Assembly: GCA_010909165.1 (NCBI GenBank)
Contig: VJWM01000007.1
Location: 124,001-188,000, forward strand
DNA: 64,000 nucleotides
Direction: 5' to 3'
From: Anthoceros angustus
Lineage: Eukaryota; Plantae; Anthocerotophyta
Below the pieces are notes generated by a model. It was not told the origin of the DNA and did not search any database. It saw only the letters and a list, made by a program, of their open reading frames with translations. Position numbers and translations under genes: made by a program. The number at the start of each line of letters is the position of its first letter. The stretch's first letter is position 1. Shown piece by piece: positions 24,501 to 36,491 of this stretch.

Positions 24501-24961
24501 TTATGTGAGGGACGTCAAGGCTAGGGGATCATCAATCACATATACATCCATCTTGGCGAGAATCTGCGATGTCCTCACTAAGCCTCTACCTAAACACAAA
24601 CATCGGACACATGTAGAGGGCTTGGGCCTCATGGATTTCACCAAATATTTTACTACATGATAGCTTACATTGTGGTCGGACCCACATGCTCTGTAACCTA
24701 GTCTCCCTCATGATGTCTTCACAAGCTCTTGTCCTAATTCTTGTCCTTCACTAATTCTCCATGCATCTAGTGGATGAAGCCACACACCTACCTAATCACA
24801 GGGCATGGAAATCAGCTCACCTCCTTGTCACTTGCTTCACTTGCTTCCGTTCATCTCGCTCATGGTGTACAAGGCAAGGGGAACAATATTATGAGAATTT
24901 TCTGGATAAGACTTTATTGAAAGTAGATTTTCAGATTTAACCCGTCGAGGTTAAGTGGGAG

Positions 24962-25280
24962 TGTTAAATATATAACCATCGTGGGTTAAATGCCCATAGC
25001 TTATTTAGGTTTACGTAATTAGGTTATGACTCATCATTTATTTATGCCTAGGGCTTTAGGTAGTTAGTTGTTATATTAGTTGCAACAACTTATGGTTGCA
25101 ACAACTTATGGTTGGAACAACTTATGATTACAACAAACTTGTTGTTGTAACCACCCAACCACCTAGCCTATTTAAAGGCTTGTACTTTACTCTTGATTAT
25201 TCATTGAATATACTTAGTCATTCATTATCTCTTGCTTTCCTTTGCCTTCCTAACAGCTAGGTGCACAAGGATTTTCCACA
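24962..25280 (+). repeat. copia LTR (TG...CA) with internal 15-bp tandem repeats
   Basis: TGTTAAATAT...TTTTCCACA, preceded by the purine tract AAGTGGGAG; near-identical inverted copy at 29901-30221. Confidence 0.92.
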
Positions 25281-25291
25281 TGGTATCGAGC
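25281..25291 (+). promoter_or_regulatory. PBS (tRNA-iMet type)
   Basis: TGGTATCGAGC directly after the LTR. Confidence 0.85.
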
Positions 25292-28200
25292 TGCCACTTC
25301 ACGATTTTGTTCTTTGTGCAATGCCTCGTAGGAGGGAGTGCATCACCACTTATGCGTGAGGTTTTCCCACGCAACTCTACAGTGTACAGGGTTCCTCCAA
25401 CACAGCGGACCATGGAGCCAATATTTTGACGAATATCGTACCGGATCCGCAAGCGCATTGGCGGAGGCAAGCACAAGAACGCAGCGATGTCATCGTGAGA
25501 GAGATCGTGGGGAGGCAATATCAAATGAAGAAAATGATGATTATGTCCGGACTCTAGTGAATCACTATCAAAATTGATCAACTATCACTATGGAAGACTT
25601 GATGTTCGAATTTCTCAATTGATTGCAAGACAAGATCTCTTTCTCACAGCCCTGCATGATATGGAGAAGAGATTGCAGCATAGCATTAATCAATGCACCA
25701 AGGATTTTCCACAAATATCCTTCAAATTCAAATACCTTTTCGTATCCTTCGGGCTGTTCCATATACAGCTCTTCCTCCAAAATTCCATGCAAGAAGGCCG
25801 TTTTCACATCCATCTGCTGCAGCTCAAAATCACGCTCAGCAGCTAAAGCAAACATAAGACGGATTGATTGAGGCGTACGGAGAAGGTCTCTTGAAAGTCC
25901 GGACGGTATTTGCGTGAACCCACGTGCACGAGCCTCGCTTTATATCTTGCTATGTTGCCATTAGCATCTAATTTATGCTTAAATACCCATTTGCATGTTA
26001 TGGGTTTACGCCCCTTTGGTCGAGGAACAAGTTTCCAGGTACCATTTTGTATGAGGCTATTAAATTCATCATCCACTGCGTACTTCCACTTATCCCTATC
26101 TGGACCTGAAAATGCTTCTTTGAGGGTGACAGGTTCAGGAGGGATGACAGGCAAGGAGGCATTGTGGACAGCGGGTGTGCAAACTCCCACTGACTTGCGA
26201 AAGTCGATGGATGTGTAAGGGGGCTCTATCCATTCAGATGGAGGACGATGCACAAGGGTGGATCGGCCTTGCGGTTGAGGAGCATTCTCTTGGGTAAATG
26301 GTCATTCTCATCGTGTAATGAGGCATGAGAAGAATCGAGGTTAGACTCGAGTCTACATGATTTTCTGGGTTCTCGGGTTGTTCATGATTTGAATTTTCAG
26401 CATCGGCAGTGCATCTACTTGTGCATCGGCAATGGAGGATCAAGATCCTGGTTGGTCGGCCACTGGAATTGGTGGGTTCGAGGTGGTGAGGCAGCACAGG
26501 ATGTACTGAGTTGCAAGGGTGGAATATCCGAGGCGATTCCATCAACATCATCGGTAGTCGAATGTTCCTCTGCGAATGTCAAGTTACCATCATGTTGAGC
26601 GGGCAAAAGCAGCTGTCCCCTGTGATTGGTGGCTCCAATGTCTCGAGAAGGTCACACTCCTTGCTACGATTGTGTAAGGTGTGCATCAATGAGTTTGTAG
26701 GCTTTAGCAATTTATTTGTACCAACAAATACTAACCCCTTTGAGCGATTGTCGAGTTTACGCCTTCTCTCGGTATGTATGCATAAGCTTTCGAACCAAAG
26801 ATGCGAAGATGCATGATACTTGGTTTCTCTTCGAATCTCTCGTGCTACCGTGGATGAATGTGATGGAAGTCTGTTGAGTATATATGTAGTAAATTCGACA
26901 CGCCCAATATGGAGAAGGTAATCCCGACCACAAGAGCATTGATCTCGTCATTCCCATCAATGTTTGATTCTTTCTGCGACCCCATTTCTTTGTTGGGTAT
27001 ATGGAGCGATAAGGCGATGAATAATGCCTTGGCGGTCAGAACTCCGTGAAGGCATGGTGACAAATTCACCACCGTTGTCACCCGAAAAGCTTTAGCAAAC
27101 GACGACCATACCGCACCATGGTTAACCAATCCTTGAAGATAGAAAATGTATCACTCTTATGATGCATAGGGTATGTCCACGTATCTGGCTATAGTGATTA
27201 ATGTCAAATAATAGGTTGCACCACCTAGTGAGAGTTTGTAGCCCACTGATGTCTGAATGCACTAAGTCGAGGGGCGATGTTGACTGCAGTGTGCTCTTGG
27301 AAAGGAGTCTCGTTGCTTGGCAAGAGTGCAAACTTCACAAATGGGAGCTCATTAAAACAACGTGGAAGAGGCTCACGATAGTAGTCCCGCTTAGAGATAT
27401 CAATGAGTTTAGTTACATTAGCATGGCCAATGCATGCTACGCCTGGCCGGATACTGAACGCAACCGTAGTAGAAAATGCTTGCCGTCGGAGGCGAGAAAA
27501 TGTCTAGACGGTACAATTCAATCTACAAAGGCTTTGAAGATACAAATGTTTGGAGCACTACGTCTAGAGAAACAACAAGCGTCATCGAGGCAGTAAGGAC
27601 TAGATCCTTCATCTTCATCAATTTGCTAAGTGACATCAAATTCTTAGCCATCTTTGGTACATACAAGACGTCGGGAAGAACTAACACACTATCGTCGTGT
27701 AGGGGAAACTTACAGACTCCTCTACCAAGGATCTGAAGACTACTCCCCACACTCTCATCACCCAAGTATACCTTTTCAGCGATTGTTGATAGTGTCAAAC
27801 TGGTAAAGAGAGATGCATCCCGACAGATATGGGCCGTGGCCCCTGAGTCCAAAAACCACCAATCCACCTCACTCGTCAAAGTGTTATTAAGACAAACAAG
27901 AAGAATCTTCACGGCTTGCTGAATTTGTGGATGTTGTTGAGGGTATCTATCTTGGCTTGTTGTGTGGTTATATGTGCAGAGGGTCGAGAAGAAGCCCGTT
28001 GAGGCTCGCCGGCTTTCTTTTTCCGGCATTCCCGTGCCCAATGCCCTGGAGTGCCACACCAATTGCATGTACCTTGTCGTTTCTGAGCAGAGGAAGATGA
28101 ACCAGTGTTGCCAGGTGTGTATGAACCAGGGCCAGCACGTTGATTCGGATTTCTCCCCCTTCCTCTACCTCTGCCTCTAGTTGCTGAGAAAACTTTGTCG

Positions 28201-28969
28201 GTTTTATGTTGCTTTTGTTGCCCTCTCATAAGTCGTGTTTGTTCTTCTTGGTATAGGGCTCCCACCAAAGCCTCCAGCGAAGGAGTTGGAGTTCCAGTGA
28301 AGGGACGCCTGAAGAGCAATGGGCATATTCGAGTAGTGACAAAGTTTGATAGCTTGCGGGAAGGCTGACCAGAAATTGTGCCACTGCGTCAGCTTCAGTC
28401 ATAGGACTCCCAAGTGCATTGAGTTGGGATCGCAAGCGTCGAAACTTGCTAACATGATGTGACACGGACTCACCATCTCTCATGCGCAGGCTGCAAAGTT
28501 CAAGGCGAATTGCACAAAAGGTCATCATGTTCTGAACCTTGTAAGTATTTGATAATTGATCCCATATATCCTTGGCTTTAGTCAAGTATTCGGTTTCAGG
28601 AATAAGGTCAGCATCCAAGCCGTTAACCAAAAGAGCAATGGCGATGCTATTGAAACCATCCCACTTGTCCTTGTCGACGAGTAACATTTGCAGCGGTTCC
28701 TTGTGCACGAGGACACCGGGTCCGGATAGGAGCCATCAACAACAATCCAAACGCCACGAGCTACCAAGGTAGTCTTCATGCAAACCTTCCAGATGTCAAA
28801 TCTCGTCCCATTGAAGCGGTCTTTGTCCTTGATATCGGATGTGAATGAAGGTGTTGCCATGGCGTTCGAATGTCAAGTGAATGAACTATAGTAGGACTGC
28901 TACAAGAGAGATGTCTACGAGTCAATAGAAAATGTGGGAGATTCATATCTAGGTAACTGCCTAAATGTG

Positions 28970-29118
28970 AAGGGTGCCCTAAAAATATAAAGGGTGCCCT
29001 AAAATCCAAAAAACTAACTTCAAATCAAACGTGCCCTAAAAACGAAGGGTGCCCTAAAATCCAAAAAAAACTATCTTAAAATCTGAAACGTGCCCTAAAA
29101 ACGAAGGGTGCCCTAAAA
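28970..29118. repeat. Tandem GTGCCCTAAAA-containing repeats in the copia leader
   Basis: Six copies of GTGCCCTAAAA with short spacers. Confidence 0.85.
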
Positions 29119-29900
29119 ACTAATAAGAAAATTCATGTGAATTTTCTGGTGGAAGGGGAGGTGGTTATAATAACTGTTTTTTTTTATAACTACCTATTGG
29201 CAACAAAGAAATTGGGCAGCAAAGAATGCATGCAAAGAATTGCAGATTTGCAGCAAATCTCAAGCAAAAACAAGCAATTTCTTGCTCCAGCGTGATAGAA
29301 GTGGGCTCCCAAGCAATGCGCACTAACGCAATCATCCCCTCCACGCCAGCGGTCAAAGAACAATATCATCGTGGCTTTGCCCGATTGGCCCAATTTTTGC
29401 AATTTCTTCAACCGATTGTTGCATAAATAATTGGATCAAATGTTGGGTTGCGATACACCATCACTTATATCCTTGGTGCATTGATTAATGCTATGCTGCA
29501 ATCTCTTCTCCATATCATGCGGTGTGAGAAAGAGATCTTGTCTTGCAATCAATTGAGAAATTCAACATCAAGTCTTCCATAGTGATAGTTGATCAATTTT
29601 GATAGTGATTCACTAGAGTCCGGGACATAATCATCATTTTCTTCATCGATATTGCCTCCCTCTCGATCTCTCTGATTACGATCTTGCTGCGTTCTTGTGC
29701 TTGCCTCGCCAATGCGCGCGGATCCGGGTACGATATTCGTCAAAATATTGGCTCCATGGTCCGTTGCAAGTTGGAGGAACCCGTTGTACACTGAGAGTTG
29801 CGTGGGAAAACCTCACGCATAAGTGGTGATGCACGGAGTCCCTCCTACGAGGCATTGCACAAAGAACAAAAATCGTGAAGTGGCATCGGGCTCGATACCA

Positions 29901-30221
29901 TGTGGAAAATCCTTATGCACCTAGCTAAGTTAGGAAGGCAAAGGAAAGCAAGAGATAATGAATGACGAAGTATATTCAATGAATAATCAAGAGTAAAGTA
30001 CAAGCCTTTAAATAGGCTAGGTGGTTGGGTGGTTACAACAACAAGTTTGTTGTAATCATAAGTTGTTCCAACCATAAGTTGTTGCAACCATAAGTTGTTG
30101 CAACTAATATAACAACTAACTACCTAAAGCCCTAGGCATAAATAAATGATGAGTCATAACCTAATTACGTAAACCTAAATAAGCTATGGGCATTTAACCC
30201 ATGATGGTTATATATTTAACA
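29901..30221 (-). repeat. copia 5' LTR (inverted copy of 24962-25280); PBS at 29890-29900
   Basis: TGTGGAAAATCC...ATATTTAACA, preceded by GCTCGATACCA. Confidence 0.92.
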
Positions 30222-30367
30222 CCGCATACTGTTTTACGCCACAAGCATTGCGGCGTGAATACTGCTATAACGGCCTCGCAAGGTTACGGTCTGGCGGTGC
30301 ATGCCCGTTCTCCTCGAGTCTTGCGTGGCGTCGCTGGTCCGTTCCACGGCTCAACTCACGAGTTACT

Positions 30368-31500
30368 TTCCTTGGCGTACTTATCACACGCACGGTCTGG
30401 CGTGGGTCCGGACTTATCCGTTCGTGGCGCCTACCATAGTAGGTAGTGCGTTCCTCACTCCGAGTCCGGAGTATACTCCGAGTGCCATCGGTGCTATCCA
30501 TGCTTATTTCTCCCCTTTTTCGCCTCATTTTATCCTTCACTCCTACAAAAAAAACAAAACCCTACCTATTTTCTAACCCCCAAGGGAAGTCCGTAGTCCA
30601 CAGCCACTCACAAGCAACCTACAACCGCAGGTCGGTCTCCCAAAACACAATTTCAAAGGCCCCTTACTCTCCTGACCTTAGCTTCCCATTAGTATCTTTC
30701 ACGTGGCCCTCTAAGGTCACACACACCCCTTCAAGCAGTCTCACAACTTGCCACACTTCAACTTACAAGTTACTCCCCAAAATTGTGGCTTTTCTCCACA
30801 AATTGTCACAGCTCCCACGGTCTTGAGCTTATGCTTGAGCTCCTTTTCATACCAACTCGCGACCTCCGCCACAATCCTTCCTGTTCCTCCTTACGCTAGC
30901 TCATGCCTTAGCTCTTGAAATTGTTACTCAACTTAGCACTTGAGAGTGCCCCCCTTAGGCCAAACAATCCTCCCAAGGCTTCAAAAATTCCTAGCCCCCT
31001 ATACCACCTTAGCTGGCGTTGCTACCTTCTCCCACACGTTGGGCACCCATGAAGTCTCACCACTCTCCGCTCACTCCTTAAGCCCTGAGCTCGCCCCCAA
31101 GCTCTACCCTTAGGCTCCTCTTTGGGCTTGCAACCCCAGGCGGGGTAGCTCGCCCACACCTCGCCTTGCACCCCTCTGCCGCGGCGCTGGCCTCTGTGCC
31201 TGCCGCCTTCCAAACTTCTCGCTCTCCTCCTTGCAGTGGTGCCGTGCCCTGGCGCTGCCGACCTTGGCACCACCGCCTTCCCCCAGGGCTCTGCCCTGAG
31301 CTCCTCCTTTCCTTGCACGCCAAAATCCTCTAGTGTGTCACCGTCTCCTCGCTCCAATCCTCCTAAACACACTCCCTCACTTGTGCCCCTTCCTTGCCTT
31401 GATGCACTTGGCCGTGGTGAAGTCAACCAAGTCCCCCTGCCTCATGAAGTGAGCACAAATTGCCAAGGAGAGAGATGGAGAGTGGCCGCTAAGTTAGGAA
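30368..31500 (-). mobile_element. Degenerate gypsy 3' region
   Basis: 30400-30620 matches 59470-59760 in reverse orientation (post-integrase region); appears CG-poor. Confidence 0.55.
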
Positions 31501-32221
31501 GTAAGCCCCCCAACTGACACCACCGTTGATGTCCGCCACATGGCACTATCTCCTTCGTTGAACCCTTTAAGCAGCCCTCCTGCCAAATATACCTAGGGCT
31601 CCTACTTTATCGCTACTTAAACTATGGGCTCTAAACTAATTACTAATTTCCTAGGTATATACACATATATAGCCTAAAAGAATTCCCTCCCACACGCATA
31701 GGGCAGCAACTTGTTCAGTAGGTCCCCCTACCTACAACTTATTGGCCAGGTACCTACCCTTCCCACTAAGCTATCCATTCCCGGGAAACTCCCAAATTCC
31801 TACCCTTGTCCCTAACTTTCATGAATGGTTCACAAAGAAACACTCGTTACTACCCACTGATCACTTTGATATCAAGATTGAACCAAAATGAACCAAACTG
31901 GATCAAAATGACAAAGGAACCCAAACTTTTGCGTTCCACACCCCGATTGGTACTCAATTCATAACAAGAAAACATTTCATATTTATTTGAATGAATAATA
32001 TATCCTTAAGCTGAGATATCTCAACATTATGATGATTATGGTATCGAAGGCCTATAATATCCGCTATATGTTTACTTTGGTCTATATATGTATGAAAGAA
32101 GAGGTCTAAAAGCGTGCGTTGTTGTTTTTGTTTAGGTTTGAGGAAATCTACGAAGAGCGTATGATCATGCTATTGTTCGAGATGGAGTAGGCGGGGCAAC
32201 GTCTATTGGGGCTATAACATC

Positions 32222-32917
32222 GTGCACGAGATTGTAAGCGATTTTTGGCATCAATACCAACTGATGGAGGGAGAAGGCAGGGGAGCTAGGCAAGGGCGTA
32301 GGAGACTGCGGTCGGAGCTGAATTTACGGCAACACACTATGGCAGCTTCGCTTCCTGCCGAGAACCCCAGGGAGGTGGGGGAGCACGACCACATTTGGAA
32401 TTACCTTTCACACGCGATGCAGCGAGGTGGGGAGCATATGTTGGGGGAGATTGGCTTGCATGAGTTGACCACACTGCAGGATTGTTTGCGCAATGTGGAG
32501 GACCTTGTAGATCGTGCTAAGGCAACAGCTGTGGAGCGGGAGATGGAAGTTGTAGCAGTGCAGAAGGCGGAGATTGAGTTCTCGAGAAACCGTGCCCTGG
32601 AGGAGAAGGCTGACATGCAAGCTGAGTTGGACATTGTCGCGCATGATCATAGAAACAGAATCCGGACTATGAAGGAATTGCAGAAAGCTGCTTTGGCGCA
32701 GCAGAAGGGAGAGCACGAGGCTCTCCTCGCTGAGGAGCAATGCAAGAGTGTTTGTAAGAAGTGTCTTGACAGGTATAGGGATGTGGTGGTGATGCCTTGT
32801 AAGCATTTCACTTACTGCCTGCAGTGCTTGGCGGAACACAGATTGCAGCAGGATAGATGCCCGAGTTGCAGAGGCCCCATCCACGGCATACTGGGGTGCC
32901 TCCTCGGCTATCCTTGA
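32222..32917 (+). CDS. Coiled-coil + C-terminal C3HC4 RING finger protein (putative E3 ubiquitin ligase, BOI/SBP- or IAP-type RING)
   Basis: Intact 231-aa ORF; CKKC...VVVMPCKHFTYCLQC...CPSCRGPI fits the C3HC4_3 pattern; heptad-rich middle. Confidence 0.8.
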   Translation: MHEIVSDFWHQYQLMEGEGRGARQGRRRLRSELNLRQHTMAASLPAENPREVGEHDHIWNYLSHAMQRGGEHMLGEIGLHELTTLQDCLRNVEDLVDRAKATAVEREMEVVAVQKAEIEFSRNRALEEKADMQAELDIVAHDHRNRIRTMKELQKAALAQQKGEHEALLAEEQCKSVCKKCLDRYRDVVVMPCKHFTYCLQCLAEHRLQQDRCPSCRGPIHGILGCLLGYP

Positions 32918-35858
32918 TTACGATCTGGTTGCAAGCATTCATTGCTTGTCATCAGAAATAGATTTCAATTGTTATGTTGTTAGTCGCATGACATTAGAAA
33001 TGAAGACTGTAATGTACATCCCAGCGCAGCAACCTACTTCTCTACCTGTAGCCCCAGCGCCTCTTCCGCGTCTAGGCCTCCTCTTTTTCCGCGTCACCGC
33101 TCCACTCTCAGGCATTTCCTGGTAGTTGTGCATATATCATGGGCCGGGGCGCACTATTATGCTAGGTTCCCATGTAACCCGAACCTGGAGCGATATTCTC
33201 GTAGCCTGTCTTCCAGGTTATGTGTGAACATTTCAACATCCGCACCTATAAGTTTGAGGTGCTTTGCAGAATCGAGTTTTTGATCAAAATTTAGTGCTTT
33301 ACTAATTGATACAATTGATTACAAGTGCTAAACTTATAGCCACTGTAATGCGAAGAGTTGTACCTCTTGATTTTGGAATATCGAGGGTATGGCTGGGTTA
33401 AGGTAAGCTAACCATGATGAGTACTCTAACGTAAAGTCGCGGCCTCGTCTGGGGCCACCAAGTGAATACCACGTACATCTAGATAGAAGCTAATTCTAGA
33501 AATCCCACCAAAATCGCGAAATCTGGCAGTAAAACATATTTAATTAAATAATATTCATGCGGATCCAGGATATACAAGAAACCGAAGCGAATACGTGGAA
33601 ATTTCGTATCCGTGTGGTCCTCCTTTAGTACACAACATCATAATGGGATTGAGATAAAAATATTCCACACTTTAACTTATCAACAATGCACTTATCAACA
33701 AATCAAAAACAAATATGCCAAACTTAAACTTATCACATAAACATTATGCAAAGGCGACTTCAAAGAAAGACTGACCTGCACTGACTGTAAGCGGCCTACG
33801 ACTCCTACCTGTAAACCACAACAGGATATAAGTAGGAGACTCCAAAGTATGCAATAATAATTTTTTGTCAAAGAATGAGACAGATGGACAAAATAAAAAA
33901 TGTCAAGTATAAGAATTACATAGTCCAACAATGTGTAAAGTGGATTAGAGAAGTAACCAACCTTGCAAGTCAATCAGATCAATCAGAACACTGACGGGAA
34001 GGTTGAGTCCACAATGATCACAAATCTGCAACAAAATATCGAGTTAGTCAGGCACAACATGTATGCAGCTGACAAATACATGAACAACACAATCAAGAAA
34101 GAACCGCAGGGCTCCAAAAACAAGATATCTGCTTCTAAGGAACTCAGGACAACCTCCAATCATTAAGAACATAAACATCTTTACAGCTCTTGAGAAACAA
34201 CTTATAGTGCACCACACTGAGGACCACGCAACAGAAGTTAAGAGGAGTCTGCTACTCAAACGTAGGAGATAACTTACATAAACTACCCGTGGTAGAACCA
34301 AGGATGAAGTTAAGGTGTCTGAAACAACAGCAATACGGAACTCACTCTGTATTAGTGTTAAGAGGCCACTAAGACCAAAAACATCTAAATGAGGACATAC
34401 GACGGGACACAATAGGTGGTCAAGAACAATGTTTTTCCAAACGACCAAGTTTAATTGAAACGACAAACGTAACTAAACTTATCTACATGAACACAAATAT
34501 GTTCCATGCACTGCCTTACTGCTCAAAGGGTTAACATGCAGATCGAATATATGTACTAGTGTTTAAAAAAAATGCAAGAATACAAAAAAATGAATCTGTA
34601 CACAGGATATACAGAAACAAACAGAAAGAAATACAAAACGGGCTAAACAACAAATAAAGAAACATTTGATTGCACCAGTCCACCACAAACACGACAAAAG
34701 AGCTAAACTAAAGGATGACAAACATCAGCACACAGACAGTTAGAGCAGGAGGGCAAGGAAACATACAAAAATACTACATCCAAAGAACTGAGAAAGACAT
34801 CCAATCATTAAACAACCATATACCATTATGCTCTTGTGAACAACTTGAAGAGCACCATACCGACTACCACGCAGCAGATGTTAAAACCCAACGTTCGAAC
34901 GTGACATAAATGAAAACCCGAACAACCTGGTGAGGCGCAGCGAAAGTGTATCAAAAGTAGCAGGCATTTGTGAGCAACTGAGCCCGGCCGGGCGCGCCGA
35001 TCCGTGTCATTGTAGTAAGGGGTCCGTTCCCAAAGGAATGGACTCGTGCTTATTCTGCTTGAGCTCTACAACCTATCGCCTGAACGGACTTCATCATGTT
35101 GGGTCGGCGGCTCCACAACCTAAGTGTGTGCCCCTCCACAACTCGTCGGACGGGGCCTTACGACCGGACCTTCCCACAAACCCGCTTTGGGTTTCTCCGG
35201 TACCACCGGAGCCGGGTTTTAGCGGCCGTTCTCCGTCGATCTCGTACTCTAAGCCCCAGGCTCCTCGCCTCTGTCCATCCACAACTCCACCTCAACACAG
35301 CAGCGCCATGGCGACCCTCCTCCTTATCCATCCCTAGCTAGTAGTCACCAACTGCGCTGATGTATTCACGAGGCCGCCTTTGGCCCTTCCTTCACGTTAC
35401 TGCGGAGAAGTAGCTTCTACCTGCAACCTCACATTCCTGATCCGTGCCTCTAGGGATGGCTTCCGCCCAGGGTCACCCCAAGCGCCTCCTAATCCCTTCC
35501 GGTGCTTCCGTTACGGCGGAAATGGCAGCGACTGCAACCCCTGACCTCAGTTCCAGCCTCGAGGTTAGTCTCGCACCAATCACCCTCAGCACCTCCTCGG
35601 CTCAGTCCGACCCGGTCCGCACCCATCAAGCGTGTTGGCGGAGCTCGTCACGGAGCTCTCAACACATCCCTCTCTACCAATTAATCACCTTGCGGTGGCC
35701 AGCGAGGAACACTCCGCTCCTCGAACACGGGAGTCTGGGGCACAGTCTGCGAAGATGCTACCGGATAGTCCCCTCTTGGGCGCCGGGCCTCCCTTTATAT
35801 CCCCAACACCCTAATCTAACCCACCTATGTATGTACCTTAACCCTGGATCGTGGTAAC

Positions 35859-36195
35859 CGCTCGGCCGAACTTACTCCGTCGAACGCCGCTCGGCCGGAC
35901 TTACTCCATCGAACGCCGCTCGGCCGGACTTACTCCGTCGAACGCCGCTCGGCCGGACTTACTCCGTCGAACGCTGCTCGGCCGGACATACTCCGTCGAA
36001 CGCCGCTCAACCGGACTTACTCCGTCGAACGCCGCTCGGCCGGACTTACTCCATCGAGCCGCTCGGCCGGACTTACTCCGTTAAACGCCCCTCGGCGGAC
36101 TTGCCGTCGAGCCGCTCGGCGGACTTACCTCGTCAGCTCGGCGGACTTACTCCGTCGAGCAGCCCTTCGGCGGACTTACTCCGTCGAACGCCGCT
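35859..36195. repeat. 29-bp tandem array (about 11 copies)
   Basis: Unit CGCCGCTCGGCCGGACTTACTCCGTCGAA at period 29 (35881, 35910, 35939, 35968...), no spacers; core related to CCGGAGTAAGTC at about 59717 in the gypsy 3' region. Confidence 0.92.
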
Positions 36196-36491
36196 CTAAC
36201 GGACCATATCTTCCCCTTCGCCGGATCACCCCATCCCCACGGACCAGTCCAGCACCCGTCGGACCTATTCGCGCCCTAACGGACCCAGGGTTTAGGGATT
36301 GCACTCTAAGTGCAATCTGGCCAAAATAGCCTTATTGGCTAACTCCTCCTATCCCTCTTATGCTGACCGAAAAAACAAAACAAGCCTAAAACAAGTCGCT
36401 AGAATGCGGACGCCAGTTTGGCACTCCACGTGACCAAGAACGCTTAAATGAAATAGCAAGAAAAAAGCAATATGAGAAGCAATACCGGCAA

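Larger units (their letters stand above)
21511..25700 (+). mobile_element. Ty1/copia fragment: integrase - RT - RNase H - PPT - LTR - PBS - partial leader
   Basis: LDLVHSDISG; KWVFKHKLDANGNIARYKARL; LAVYVDD; RIALSSTEAEY; LTKPLP; LTR 24962-25280 followed by TGGTATCGAGC. Confidence 0.92.
25735..30221 (-). mobile_element. Ty1/copia: 5' LTR - PBS - long leader - gag - protease - integrase - RT (truncated)
   Basis: gag 'DRFNGTRFDIWK' (28582..28860); Zn knuckle CNWCGTPGHWAREC; protease WFLDSGATAHIC; RT truncated after ELYMEQPEGYE. Confidence 0.92.

Noticed and set aside
33650-34900. Possible LINE or integrase C-terminal remnant
   Set aside because: No diagnostic RT, endonuclease or integrase motif could be read; left unannotated
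35859-36195. CRISPR-like array
   Set aside because: Contiguous 29-bp units with no unique spacers, no cas genes, eukaryotic context
36285-36300. Telomere addition site (AGGGTTTAGGG)
   Set aside because: Fewer than two full repeats; compatible with chance or a single telobox
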